Below are positions 9,217-17,750 of a stretch of 64,000 bases of DNA, piece by piece. The notes beneath the pieces were generated by a model. It was not told the DNA's origin, did not search any database, and was given only the letters and a program-made list of their open reading frames with translations. The DNA is from an uncultured Chloroflexia bacterium (GTDB lineage: Bacteria > Chloroflexota > Limnocylindria > Limnocylindrales > CSP1-4), in NCBI GenBank assembly GCA_963768655.1, contig CAVYIM010000004.1, positions 352,001-416,000 on the forward strand, written 5' to 3'. A program made the position numbers and the translations under genes. Each line of letters starts with the position of its first letter. Within the stretch, counting starts at the first letter, position 1.

Positions 9217-11192
9217 GCGCCCTCCACCATGAGCTGGTGCTCGTACGAGAAGACGAGCGAATTCGGCTCCAGGTCGAGCCGCTGCGTGGCGGAACCGCGC
9301 TGACCGGTGATCGGGTCGGCACCGAACAGCCGGACGTCCTCGACCAGTGCCGTCCCCGGCACGGCCTGCAGGACCGCATAGACCTCGCCGACCTGGACCG
9401 GCCGGCCGAATGGCCAGCCCGTGCCGTCAGGCCCCCCGGAGATCGGATTGAAGTACCCGTACAGGGCCCGCGTGGCCGCGGCCTGCAGCTTGGTCGGGTT
9501 CGTCCGCGGCTTCGGCTGGATCCTGGCGACGACGGTGATGCCCCGATAATCCGGCGGCTCCACCACCACCCGAGCGCCGATGACCCGGCAGTCGTCGAGT
9601 CGGGTCGTGATGCGAGCCAGCGTCTCCTCGGCCGGGACGAGCAGCTCGAAGCGGAGGCGGCCGTCCTCGTCCGCCGCACGCGGCACCACCAGGACCCGGA
9701 CGCCGCCCTGGTCGGCCGCGGCCGTGGCCGCCACGGCCCGGACCCGGACGATCTCGGGAGCGGCTTCCAGGACGATCTGCTCGTAGTCCTCGGTCGTGAC
9801 CGCGCGGCCGCGGGTCCGCAACGAGATGGGACCTCGCAGCTTGGCATTCTCGATGTCCTCGCCATCGACCCCGCCGGAGGCGGGCCGGCGGTTCGAGACC
9901 CTGGCGATGAACGGGATGCTGGACTTCAGCACGCTGATGGCGCCGGCGGCGACGTTGCCTCTCCGCCCGCCGCCGGTCATGTAGGCGTCCAGCTTCAGGC
10001 GTGCGCCTTTGGGCGGCACCTGGCCGTACTGGCGGAAGGTCCCGTCCGGCTGGCGGACACCCGGCCCGAGCAGCACGGCGCCCGCGACCGTGTCGAGGAC
10101 GAAGTGGCGATCGGCCGACCCGCTCGAGGCGAAGTCAGGGACCTGCTCCCAGTCGACCCACGCGTCGGCCTCGCTGACGCGGAGGACGGCCGGCCGTTCG
10201 CCCGGCACGACCGGGTGATGAAGGAGCGAGAAGCGCTGCCCCGGGACGCCGGCGCTGGTGCCGATGATCTCGCCGGCGGGGCCGCCCTCTCCGTTCTGGC
10301 CGCCGCCCACGACCTGGGCGTTGACCGCCGCCGCGGTGCCGCCGATTGTCTCGGCGGCGACGCCATGGATTCGGGGCGAGGCGGAGTACGTCGGCATGTC
10401 GGCTTCGGGGCTGACGACCCGCGCCCGCAGCCAGCCGCCGCGGGTCCGGTTGACGAGCGAGGCCACGTGTCCGGCCGGGACGTGGAGAACCACCCGCCCG
10501 TCGCGGTTGAGCCCGCCCGTCGAGTCCGACTCGAGGTCGCAGCCGGTCCAGCCGTCGCCCGTCCAGGCCTCCCAGACGATCGGGGGCCGCGTCGGATCGA
10601 CGCCCACGCCCTCGATCGAGCACCGCATCGAAAGCGCCACCGCGCAGGACGGCACCGCCTCGCTGAGTCCGATCAGCAACGTGTCGCCCGGCTGGGGCAC
10701 GGTTGAGAACGCCTCGAACGACGCGCCCTTCTCGAGGAGATCGGAGCGGTCCACCGCCGGCGCCCCCTCGGCCGAAGTTGCCACGTGCCCCAGGGAGCAG
10801 GCGACGACTGCCAGATCTTCGAGCGTGCTGAAGACGATGGCCTCGTCGGTCTCCGTGCGAACGGTCGCGGCCCGCGTGCCCGCGGCGATGCGGACCGTGT
10901 CCGGCTGGGGCGCGCTCAGGTAGAACGTCAGCGGGGCGCGGGCCGCCGCCGGCGGGAAGAGCCGCACCCCGATCAGGTCGAGAAAGCGGACGTAGTTGCG
11001 ATCGGGCACGCGGTTGAGCCGGTACAGGAGCTGGTCGGTCATGTAGGCGAACGCCTCGATGAGCGTCACGCCCGGATCGGATACGTTGTGATCCGTCCAC
11101 TCCGGACAGCGCTGCTGGACGAGGCGTTTGGCGTCGTCGACCAGATCCTGGAACCGCCGGTCGTCGAGGTTGGGAGTCGGGAGGGCCATCAC
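9213..11192 (-). CDS. CIS baseplate assembly protein (gpJ-like, Cis11/Afp11)
   Basis: LPTPNLDDRRFQDLV, PEWTDHNVSDPG, GGG..GNV, RAVT.EDYE, GWPFGR. Confidence 0.95.
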   Translation of the reverse strand: MMALPTPNLDDRRFQDLVDDAKRLVQQRCPEWTDHNVSDPGVTLIEAFAYMTDQLLYRLNRVPDRNYVRFLDLIGVRLFPPAAARAPLTFYLSAPQPDTVRIAAGTRAATVRTETDEAIVFSTLEDLAVVACSLGHVATSAEGAPAVDRSDLLEKGASFEAFSTVPQPGDTLLIGLSEAVPSCAVALSMRCSIEGVGVDPTRPPIVWEAWTGDGWTGCDLESDSTGGLNRDGRVVLHVPAGHVASLVNRTRGGWLRARVVSPEADMPTYSASPRIHGVAAETIGGTAAAVNAQVVGGGQNGEGGPAGEIIGTSAGVPGQRFSLLHHPVVPGERPAVLRVSEADAWVDWEQVPDFASSGSADRHFVLDTVAGAVLLGPGVRQPDGTFRQYGQVPPKGARLKLDAYMTGGGRRGNVAAGAISVLKSSIPFIARVSNRRPASGGVDGEDIENAKLRGPISLRTRGRAVTTEDYEQIVLEAAPEIVRVRAVAATAAADQGGVRVLVVPRAADEDGRLRFELLVPAEETLARITTRLDDCRVIGARVVVEPPDYRGITVVARIQPKPRTNPTKLQAAATRALYGYFNPISGGPDGTGWPFGRPVQVGEVYAVLQAVPGTALVEDVRLFGADPITGQRGSATQRLDLEPNSLVFSYEHQLMVEGA

Positions 11193-11590
11193 TCAGCCTC
11201 CTCGGGGATCGTGTAGAAGGGGAAGACCAGGTTTCTGCGGTCGTTCGTAGCCTTGATGGTGTAGATGACCTCGATGTAGAGGACGGATCGATCCTCGGTG
11301 TCGACGCTCACGTCCACGTCGGTGACCTCGATGCGCGGCTCCCAGCGCAGCAGGGCGTCGCGAACGGCCTGGGCCAGCCGGCCCGCCGCGCCGGCCCCCG
11401 CGCCGGCGAAGACCTCGTCGTGGATCCGGCAACCGAACTCGGGTCGCATCGGCCGCTCGCCGGGGGCGGTGCCCAGGATGAGCCGGATGGCCTCTTCGAC
11501 CTCGCGGCCCTTCGAGACCAGGGCGATGCCCCCGCTCGAATCGGTCCGGAGCGGGAAGGCCCAGCCTGCGCCGATGAACTCGTCCGTCAT
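11189..11590 (-). CDS. GPW/gp25 family baseplate protein (Cis9/Afp9)
   Basis: FIGAGWAFP, ILGTAPGERPMRPEFGC, WEPRI, NLVFPFY. Confidence 0.95.
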   Translation of the reverse strand: MTDEFIGAGWAFPLRTDSSGGIALVSKGREVEEAIRLILGTAPGERPMRPEFGCRIHDEVFAGAGAGAAGRLAQAVRDALLRWEPRIEVTDVDVSVDTEDRSVLYIEVIYTIKATNDRRNLVFPFYTIPEEAE

Positions 11591-11600
11591 GACTGCCTCC

Positions 11601-11987
11601 TCAACCGACCGTCACGGCGGCGGTCGTCGCCACACAGGTGCCGCCCGGAATGCCGCAACAGGTCGCCTGCGACTCGGTCGTCGCCGCCGGCTTGCCCTCG
11701 ATGAACACGCTGGCCGAGCCGGTCATGATCTGGGCTTGCTCCGTGGGAGGCGCGAAGAATGGGTCGCTCGGATGCAGGCCGACGTGCGGCGGCGTGTTCA
11801 GTCCGCTCGAGCCGAGCACTGCCGCGGGCTTGCCTCCGATGGTGACCGTCGTCGAGAGCCCGATCGTCAGCGGCGCGGCGAAGGGCAGGGGCGGCGATGG
11901 CTGCGGCGCCCCCGTGGTCGGGTTGGGGATCAAGTGGATCGAGCACGTCGCTTGAACCTGGTCTCCCTGGACGATCGGCTGGCCCAT
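11601..11987 (-). CDS. PAAR-like spike tip protein
   Basis: VTIGGKPAA and GSASVFIEGKPAA repeats with Cys/His ligands; directly after VgrG. Confidence 0.85.
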   Translation of the reverse strand: MGQPIVQGDQVQATCSIHLIPNPTTGAPQPSPPLPFAAPLTIGLSTTVTIGGKPAAVLGSSGLNTPPHVGLHPSDPFFAPPTEQAQIMTGSASVFIEGKPAATTESQATCCGIPGGTCVATTAAVTVG

Positions 11988-11999
11988 CTCTCGTCCCTC

Positions 12000-13733
12000 T
12001 CATCCCGGCGGGTTCAGCTGCAGCATCTGGCCCTTGACCGTCGTCGTGGCGTCGCTCTTGAGGTCGAGGCCGCTGGTGCCCGAGAGGCTCAGGCTCGCGC
12101 CGGCCTTGATCGTCACGTTGCCCTGGCCGGAGATCGAGATGTCGCCGTCGGCGTCGATCGAGAGCTTCGCCCCGCCGCCGGCCTTGACGGAGATCTGGCC
12201 GTTGTCGTCGTCGAGCACGACCGTCAGGCCCTTGGGCGTCGTCAACTCGATCGATCCGTCGTTCTCGTCGTGAAGGACCAGCTTGTGGCCCTTGAGGGAG
12301 ACGAGCGCCCGGGCGTTCGGCTGGCCGTTCGGCACGCCGTAGGGCGGGGCGGTGTCGGTCGAGTTCCACAGTCCGCCGAGCACGATCGGACGCCGGACGT
12401 CGCCGTGCTCGAAGGCCACGAGGACCTCGTCGTCGACCTCGGGCATCCAGACCACGCCCCGGCTCGATCCGGCGCCGGGCATCGCCACCCGCGCCCAGTC
12501 GCTGACGTAATCGTCGGCCAGCCACGGGAAATGCAGTTTCACGCGGCCGTGGTTGTCGGGGTCGCCGGTGTCGGACACGATCCCCACGACCACTCCCTGG
12601 ATCGGGGCGCCGCCGGAGACGCTCGTGCCGCCCGGCGTGGCGCCGCGAACCAGGCCCAGAAGCGACCGGTCCTGGCGCCCGCTGGCGACGAATTGGGTTC
12701 TGTACCCGCGCTGGTCGAAGACGTGCCGGGTGTGAGACAGCGTGAAGCTGCCCACGAACGGGCTGCCGACGACGGAGACGCTGATGGCCCGGCCCGCCTG
12801 TATCTCCGCGTTCCCGCGCGCCGTCCCGGTCGCCTCGGCGAAGGTCGTCCCGACCTGCTGGGCAATCCGAGCGGCCCGCTTGTCGGCGGAGTCCTGGTCG
12901 ATCGCGCGCGGCTCGACCGTCACCAGCCTAGCGTCGCCGAATAGCCCGCTGAGCGCCTGCGGATCCTGGGTGAGCGAGGCGGTGGATGCGGCTGTCTGAG
13001 CGGTGCCCACCACGGCCTGCTTGTTGATGCCGTCCCAGGAGCGGACCTCGACGGTGTCGACCTGGCCCGCGCCCGTCACCCGCGGCCGGAACTCCAGGAG
13101 GTCCTCGCCGAATATCAGCTGGAGGGTCACCTTCGAGCCGTACGTCCCCTGAGTCGGGGCCGCCGAGGCGTCCGTCGGAGCGTGGAAGTTGAGGGCACCG
13201 TCGACGACGCTCAGCTCGAAGTCGATCTCGTCGGCCAGCTCGCGCAGGAAGCTCCAGTCAGACTGATCCACCTGCGGCACGTGGTCCTTGACCTGACCCG
13301 TGGAGTCGATCGTGCCGGTGTCGAGGCCGGCGTCCGATGCGATCTGCTGGGCCACGTCCGAGTACATGACCTGGGTGAAGACCTTTGTATGGCGTCCCCG
13401 ATGCAGCCGGTGGGCCAGGTCGTAACCGCGCACGACCAGGAAGGAGCCGGTCTCCGAGTACTCCGCCTCGAGCGCGGTGACCTCACCCGAGAGCACCGGC
13501 GCAGGCGTGCCGTTGACCGACGCCCCGGTGACCTTGACACGCGAGGCGATCTTCACCGGGACCTCGTCGGTGGCGGTCCGACCGGGATCGCTGAACCTGA
13601 TCTCGAAGCTGGCCGGAAGGTGCACGTCCTGATCGACGATCACCTCCGCCACTCGGCCGGCGATGGCGGCGGACAGGGCTTCGCCGTCGATCTCGATGGT
13701 CGCTCCGGTTGCGGTGGCGGTCGCGGAGGGCAT
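12000..13733 (-). CDS. VgrG-like spike protein (Cis8/Afp8)
   Basis: GPD-like hub (VRGYD..HRL, Q..QSDW.FL), OB fold (DPDNHGRVKLHFPW, MPEVDDEVLVAFEHGD..RP..LGGLWN) and a C-terminal beta-helix. Confidence 0.95.
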   Translation of the reverse strand: MPSATATATGATIEIDGEALSAAIAGRVAEVIVDQDVHLPASFEIRFSDPGRTATDEVPVKIASRVKVTGASVNGTPAPVLSGEVTALEAEYSETGSFLVVRGYDLAHRLHRGRHTKVFTQVMYSDVAQQIASDAGLDTGTIDSTGQVKDHVPQVDQSDWSFLRELADEIDFELSVVDGALNFHAPTDASAAPTQGTYGSKVTLQLIFGEDLLEFRPRVTGAGQVDTVEVRSWDGINKQAVVGTAQTAASTASLTQDPQALSGLFGDARLVTVEPRAIDQDSADKRAARIAQQVGTTFAEATGTARGNAEIQAGRAISVSVVGSPFVGSFTLSHTRHVFDQRGYRTQFVASGRQDRSLLGLVRGATPGGTSVSGGAPIQGVVVGIVSDTGDPDNHGRVKLHFPWLADDYVSDWARVAMPGAGSSRGVVWMPEVDDEVLVAFEHGDVRRPIVLGGLWNSTDTAPPYGVPNGQPNARALVSLKGHKLVLHDENDGSIELTTPKGLTVVLDDDNGQISVKAGGGAKLSIDADGDISISGQGNVTIKAGASLSLSGTSGLDLKSDATTTVKGQMLQLNPPG

Positions 13734-13736
13734 CGC

Positions 13737-14447
13737 TCAATCCTCGGCGGCGTTCAGGAGCCGGGCCTCGGCCGCGGACGGCACGAGGATCCGCGTGCCC
13801 GAGGCGATGGCCATCGGGTCGTCGATCCCGTTGAGGCGGGCCAGGGCGCGCCAGAGCGTGGCGTCGCCGAACTCGCCGAAAGCTATCGACGCCAGCGAAT
13901 CGCCCTCGCCGAGGATGCGGCTGCGCCGGCTCTCGCGGGCACCCGAGGTCGGGTTCTGGGCCAGCGGGCTGTCGTCCGAGTACTCGCTCAGGCTCAGGTC
14001 GCAGGTCGCCCTGATGGGCGTCCCGTTGGCCCGGAACATCGTGTACTCGGCGCTTACGCTCTCGATGCACCACTTGTGGTCGGCCAGGGCACCGCTCTGA
14101 CCCCACTGGAACCCGACCACCGGCGGCCTGGGCCGGTCGTGCTGGGCCACGGAGATCGGACTCGGCTTGGTCCAGCTCAGGAGCTTGTTGACTTGCTTGG
14201 AGACGTCGCCCTCGGAGTTGCTCCACTCGTCGAAGAAGATCGACAGCTGGGCCTTCTGCGGCCCGGAGCTGATGTACTCCGGCCGGTCGGTCATGGCGCC
14301 GTCGGGCTTCTTCCACGTGGCCGACCGCGACGTCTTGACTTCGCTGGGGTTGTAGCTGAAGACCAGCGTGGCGAACGGGACGCTCCCGCTCGGGTCGGCG
14401 TAGGCCGTCAGCGAGGCTCGTTCGAGAGAGGAATTACCGAGCGGCAC
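13737..14447 (-). CDS. LysM-domain tube initiator (Cis7/Afp7)
   Basis: GTG at 14447 just after the tube-gene stop; FSYNPSE, GTPIRA...L.L.E, QNPTSG, and LysM GDSLASIA..EFGD..LWRALA..NGIDDP. The ORF-track N-terminal extension overlaps the tube gene. Confidence 0.9.
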   Translation of the reverse strand: MPLGNSSLERASLTAYADPSGSVPFATLVFSYNPSEVKTSRSATWKKPDGAMTDRPEYISSGPQKAQLSIFFDEWSNSEGDVSKQVNKLLSWTKPSPISVAQHDRPRPPVVGFQWGQSGALADHKWCIESVSAEYTMFRANGTPIRATCDLSLSEYSDDSPLAQNPTSGARESRRSRILGEGDSLASIAFGEFGDATLWRALARLNGIDDPMAIASGTRILVPSAAEARLLNAAED

Positions 14448-14449
14448 GG

Positions 14450-14902
14450 CTAGGCTCCCAGGAATCCGTTGTGGATCAGCTCGAGGGTCTCCGTCGCCGG
14501 CTCCCTGCCGCCGGCGTTGAGGGTCGGGCCGCTCCAGTGGGAGGGGTAGACGCCGGTCAGGTTCCAGCTGGCGATCTCGGTGCCGGCCGAGTCCATGACG
14601 GCGATCTTCGCCGTCGCGTACGCGATCGACTTCTCGACCGACGCCAGCCAGCTCATGACGGCCGAGGTGGATTCGTCGACCACCCGTGTCAGCTTGACGC
14701 TGTCGTACCGGGCGCGGCCGGGGAGGCGATGGACGAAGCCGTTGTTGCCTCCCTCCTTGTACTCGAAGACGTCGTACGTGACGCCCAACCCTTCGCACTT
14801 CGTCCACGCGCCGAGGTCGTGGCCGTCGATGGTGACCACGAAGTTCAGTGCCAGTCCGTACTCAGCCATGGTGTCTACCGCCCGATTCGAGGTTCCGCTC
14901 AA
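14450..14902 (-). CDS. Second tail tube protein (T4 gp19-like, Cis5/Afp5)
   Basis: EYKEGGNNGFVHRLPGR, WNL.GVYP..WSGP.L, ETLEL.HNGF. The start may be ATG 14869. Confidence 0.92.
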   Translation of the reverse strand: MSGTSNRAVDTMAEYGLALNFVVTIDGHDLGAWTKCEGLGVTYDVFEYKEGGNNGFVHRLPGRARYDSVKLTRVVDESTSAVMSWLASVEKSIAYATAKIAVMDSAGTEIASWNLTGVYPSHWSGPTLNAGGREPATETLELIHNGFLGA

Positions 14903-14920
14903 GCATCGACCGCCACCTCA

Positions 14921-16669
14921 TCACCGATCGGGGAGCAGGCCGGCCCGCTCCCGATCGCGCAGCAGCTCGGCGCCGAGGCGGTCCCTGATCCGCCAGTAGA
15001 TACGCCCGGCCAGCTGCTCGACCTGGTCGTCCGGTATGGATTGGGCCCCGGCCGCGGCCGCGGCCGTCGCGCCGGGCGATGCACCGCCGCCGACGTCCGC
15101 GGCACGAGCGACGAGAACGTTGCCGCTACCACCGGCCGGCGCTTCGGGCCGGGCGCTGTCGGGGTCGTGGATGCGCTGGATGACGGGGCCCCCGCCTGCC
15201 GCCGGCGTGCCGCTCCACTGCGGCGACGGGGCCGCCGGGCTCGGCGGTACGGCCAGCGACAGCACCGGGTGGCCGGCCATCGCGGGCTGCGGCAGCTCGG
15301 GCACCGGGGCGCCGGAGCTCGAGCTCGGGAACGGCCACGTCTGACCCTCCCCGGCCCGCGGTGATGACCCGGCAACGGAGTGGGTGAGGAGCTCTGCCGG
15401 CCGCCCGATCGCGGAACGTTGCACCGAGTTCGAGCGGGCGCCGCCGGCGCCGGCCGCCGGAGACGCGGAGCCCGCCGGGCCGGGACTCGGGCTGGCAGGC
15501 AGCCCGCGAGCGGGCCCGGCCGGGGCGAACGACGTCGTCCCGTTCTCGCGCGCTGCCACATTCTCCCGCCCGGCATCGTCGGGCCGATCGCGGACGGGGT
15601 GCAAACCCGTGGGCGAGAGGGTCGCCACGGGGAGGATCGGCAACGCTCGTGCCGCACCGCCGGTTATGGGCGAGCGTCGGGCTGCGGTCTCGGCAAAGGC
15701 CGCCGCGCCGGCGATCGGGCCGGTGGCTCGAAGCAGTTGCGAGGCGTCGAGCCCACGGGGCTGGGCCGATCCCGGCATCGCTGCCAGCGGCGCGCCCAGG
15801 CCGACGCGCCGAACCCTGTTGACAGGCAGATGAGACGGACCTTCCCGCAGCGAGAGCTCGCCACCAACGGGCGTGGGCCGAACTTCGCCCGACATCCGGG
15901 GGGCCGGGGCAGCCACGGCGCCGCCCAGCGCCGGGGCTGCGGCGCGGTCCGGGGCCGTGGCTGCGGCGCCCGGCGTTTCGGTCGGCGAGCCGGCCTGGTC
16001 GCTCAGGGCCGCGGCGTCCGCGGCGGCGCCGCTGCCTGGCCGACCACCCGGCCCGGCGGCGAGGTGCACGCGACCGCCCGACCAGCCGGGGTCCGACGCC
16101 GGGTCGACCGAGGTGTAGGAGTGGCTTCGCTCGGCGGCCGGGAGATCCACGACCGGCAGCCGCCGCCTGGCACCGAGATCCCCGTCTGCGCCGAGGTTCG
16201 CGCCGAAGCCGGCGGGCGCGCCGAGGCCGGCGGGCGTCCCCGGCACGGCGCCGAACCCGGACGCATTTACGAGCGGCCTAGCCGCGGCCCCGGCGTCGCG
16301 GGCAACCGCCGCGTGGGGCCCGTGCCGGCTGCCGGTCCCGGCCCCGCCGGCAGGCCCCCCGGCCCGCGGCATCGCCGGCCTGGTCAGACCGCCGATGACG
16401 CCCACCGGCCCACCGGCAGCGGTTTCGTGCTCGAGCGGGCGCAGCGTCGGCGTGATGCCGTGCGAGACGGCCAGTCCCGCAATGAACTGACTCGGTCGCA
16501 CCGTCAGCGGCGCCGTCCCAAAAGTGCTCTGGAGAGGCTCGATGGCAGCGGCGGACCGCTCCGCCTGTTCGGCTGCCTCAGCGGTCACCGGGCCCGTTTC
16601 GCCCGACACCTGGCTGGACGCGGCGGTCGACTCACCGGATCGGCGAGGCAGGCTGAATGGCCAGCGCAC
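14921..16669 (-). CDS. Pro/Ala/Gly-rich CIS protein in the tape-measure position
   Basis: GTG after GAGGAG; low-complexity body; C-terminal helix VEQLAGRIYWRIRDRLGAELLRDRERAG typical of actinobacterial CIS loci. Confidence 0.7.
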   Translation of the reverse strand: MRWPFSLPRRSGESTAASSQVSGETGPVTAEAAEQAERSAAAIEPLQSTFGTAPLTVRPSQFIAGLAVSHGITPTLRPLEHETAAGGPVGVIGGLTRPAMPRAGGPAGGAGTGSRHGPHAAVARDAGAAARPLVNASGFGAVPGTPAGLGAPAGFGANLGADGDLGARRRLPVVDLPAAERSHSYTSVDPASDPGWSGGRVHLAAGPGGRPGSGAAADAAALSDQAGSPTETPGAAATAPDRAAAPALGGAVAAPAPRMSGEVRPTPVGGELSLREGPSHLPVNRVRRVGLGAPLAAMPGSAQPRGLDASQLLRATGPIAGAAAFAETAARRSPITGGAARALPILPVATLSPTGLHPVRDRPDDAGRENVAARENGTTSFAPAGPARGLPASPSPGPAGSASPAAGAGGARSNSVQRSAIGRPAELLTHSVAGSSPRAGEGQTWPFPSSSSGAPVPELPQPAMAGHPVLSLAVPPSPAAPSPQWSGTPAAGGGPVIQRIHDPDSARPEAPAGGSGNVLVARAADVGGGASPGATAAAAAGAQSIPDDQVEQLAGRIYWRIRDRLGAELLRDRERAGLLPDR

Positions 16670-16676
16670 GGCGACC

Positions 16677-16835
16677 TCACTCCTCTCCGGTCAGTCGCCG
16701 GTTGATGCCCGCGACCTCTTCGACAAACCGCCGCCTGTCCGGATGCTCGAGATCCAGGATCTCCTCGAAGGACCAGTGAAGGTGGTAGCCGACGTACGCG
16801 ATCTCCTCGAAGAGGCGGTCGGTCGCGTACGTCAT
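16677..16835 (-). CDS. DUF6760-like small protein (52 aa; tail chaperone T-like segment)
   Basis: Manual translation MTYATDRLFEEIAYVGYHLHWSFEEILDLEHPDRRRFVEEVAGINRRLTGEE; below the ORF-track cutoff; ATGA overlap with the upstream gene. Confidence 0.85.
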   Translation of the reverse strand: MTYATDRLFEEIAYVGYHLHWSFEEILDLEHPDRRRFVEEVAGINRRLTGEE

Positions 16836-17254
16836 GATCCCCCCGAGGAACCACCGCCGATCTCGACGGTGAACTCGTGGTGGCAGGCAGGGCAGGTCAC
16901 CGCGGCCTGCGAGGTTCCGTCCTGGTTGATGCGCCGGTACAGGTCCTGAAGGAAGGCCAGATCCGACGCGAACATCCCTTCGACGATGCCCGGATTGATC
17001 TGGGGCAGCGTGCCCAGCCGGGTGATGACGCGACTGAGCAGGATGACCGTCAGGTAGGCCTCGTTCTCCCGGACGCGGGGGTCGCGCACCGGAGTGATCT
17101 CGTCCCGCGCCGTCGCCAGCCGCATCAGGCCTTCGCGATGGACGACGCCCTGCTCATCGACGTAGCCGCGCGGCAGCACGAACGAGAACTCCGTTCGCAG
17201 CGGCCCGGGCCGGTCGACAGCGGTCATGGGTGCCACCCTGGTCTCGGCCACCAT
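16832..17254 (-). CDS. Tail assembly chaperone-like protein with C-terminal CxxC
   Basis: TEF.F.LPRGYVD..G.VHREG.MRLATARDE, FASDLAFLQDLYRRIN, CPAC; directly after the major tube gene. Confidence 0.85.
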   Translation of the reverse strand: MVAETRVAPMTAVDRPGPLRTEFSFVLPRGYVDEQGVVHREGLMRLATARDEITPVRDPRVRENEAYLTVILLSRVITRLGTLPQINPGIVEGMFASDLAFLQDLYRRINQDGTSQAAVTCPACHHEFTVEIGGGSSGGS

Positions 17255-17257
17255 CGC

Positions 17258-17716
17258 TTACTTGACCCTCACGAAGGTCTCGCAGACGATCGTGACCTCC
17301 TCGACCGAAGGCGTGTTGTCGCCGGCCTTGAAACCGGTGACCGTCAACTTCGAGACCCAGGCGTTGGTGAAGTTGTAGCGGGCGACTTCCTGGTGCTCGA
17401 AGTCGTACTGGACGATCGAGCCGTTTCGCCGGGCATCCTTGAGCTTGCCGTCGAGCGCGGCCTGGTGCCAGTTCCACAGGTCCATGGACTGGTTGGCGGC
17501 CCGCTTCAGGGTGATCGTCGGCGGCTTGATGGCGCCGATCTGCTTCTTGAGGGTGGGCCGGCCCGCCTTGTCGACCTCCTTGACCTCGATGACGTCGAGC
17601 TCCGACGCCGCCCCGGTCACCTCCTGGAACTGGGCGAGGCTGACGCTGTCGATCTCGATCGAGAAGCGCTGGGCGCTCAGGGCGTCCTGGGGAAGATTTG
17701 GGACACCAGCTGGCAT
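17258..17716 (-). CDS. Major tail tube protein (T4 gp19-like, Cis1/Afp1)
   Basis: FQEVTG, ITLKR, RRNGSIV.YD, ARYNF.NAW.SK, EEVTIVCE. Confidence 0.93.
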   Translation of the reverse strand: MPAGVPNLPQDALSAQRFSIEIDSVSLAQFQEVTGAASELDVIEVKEVDKAGRPTLKKQIGAIKPPTITLKRAANQSMDLWNWHQAALDGKLKDARRNGSIVQYDFEHQEVARYNFTNAWVSKLTVTGFKAGDNTPSVEEVTIVCETFVRVK

Positions 17717-17750
17717 GTTGGAATCTCCTTGCGCTCCTACCGGTTGGCGC

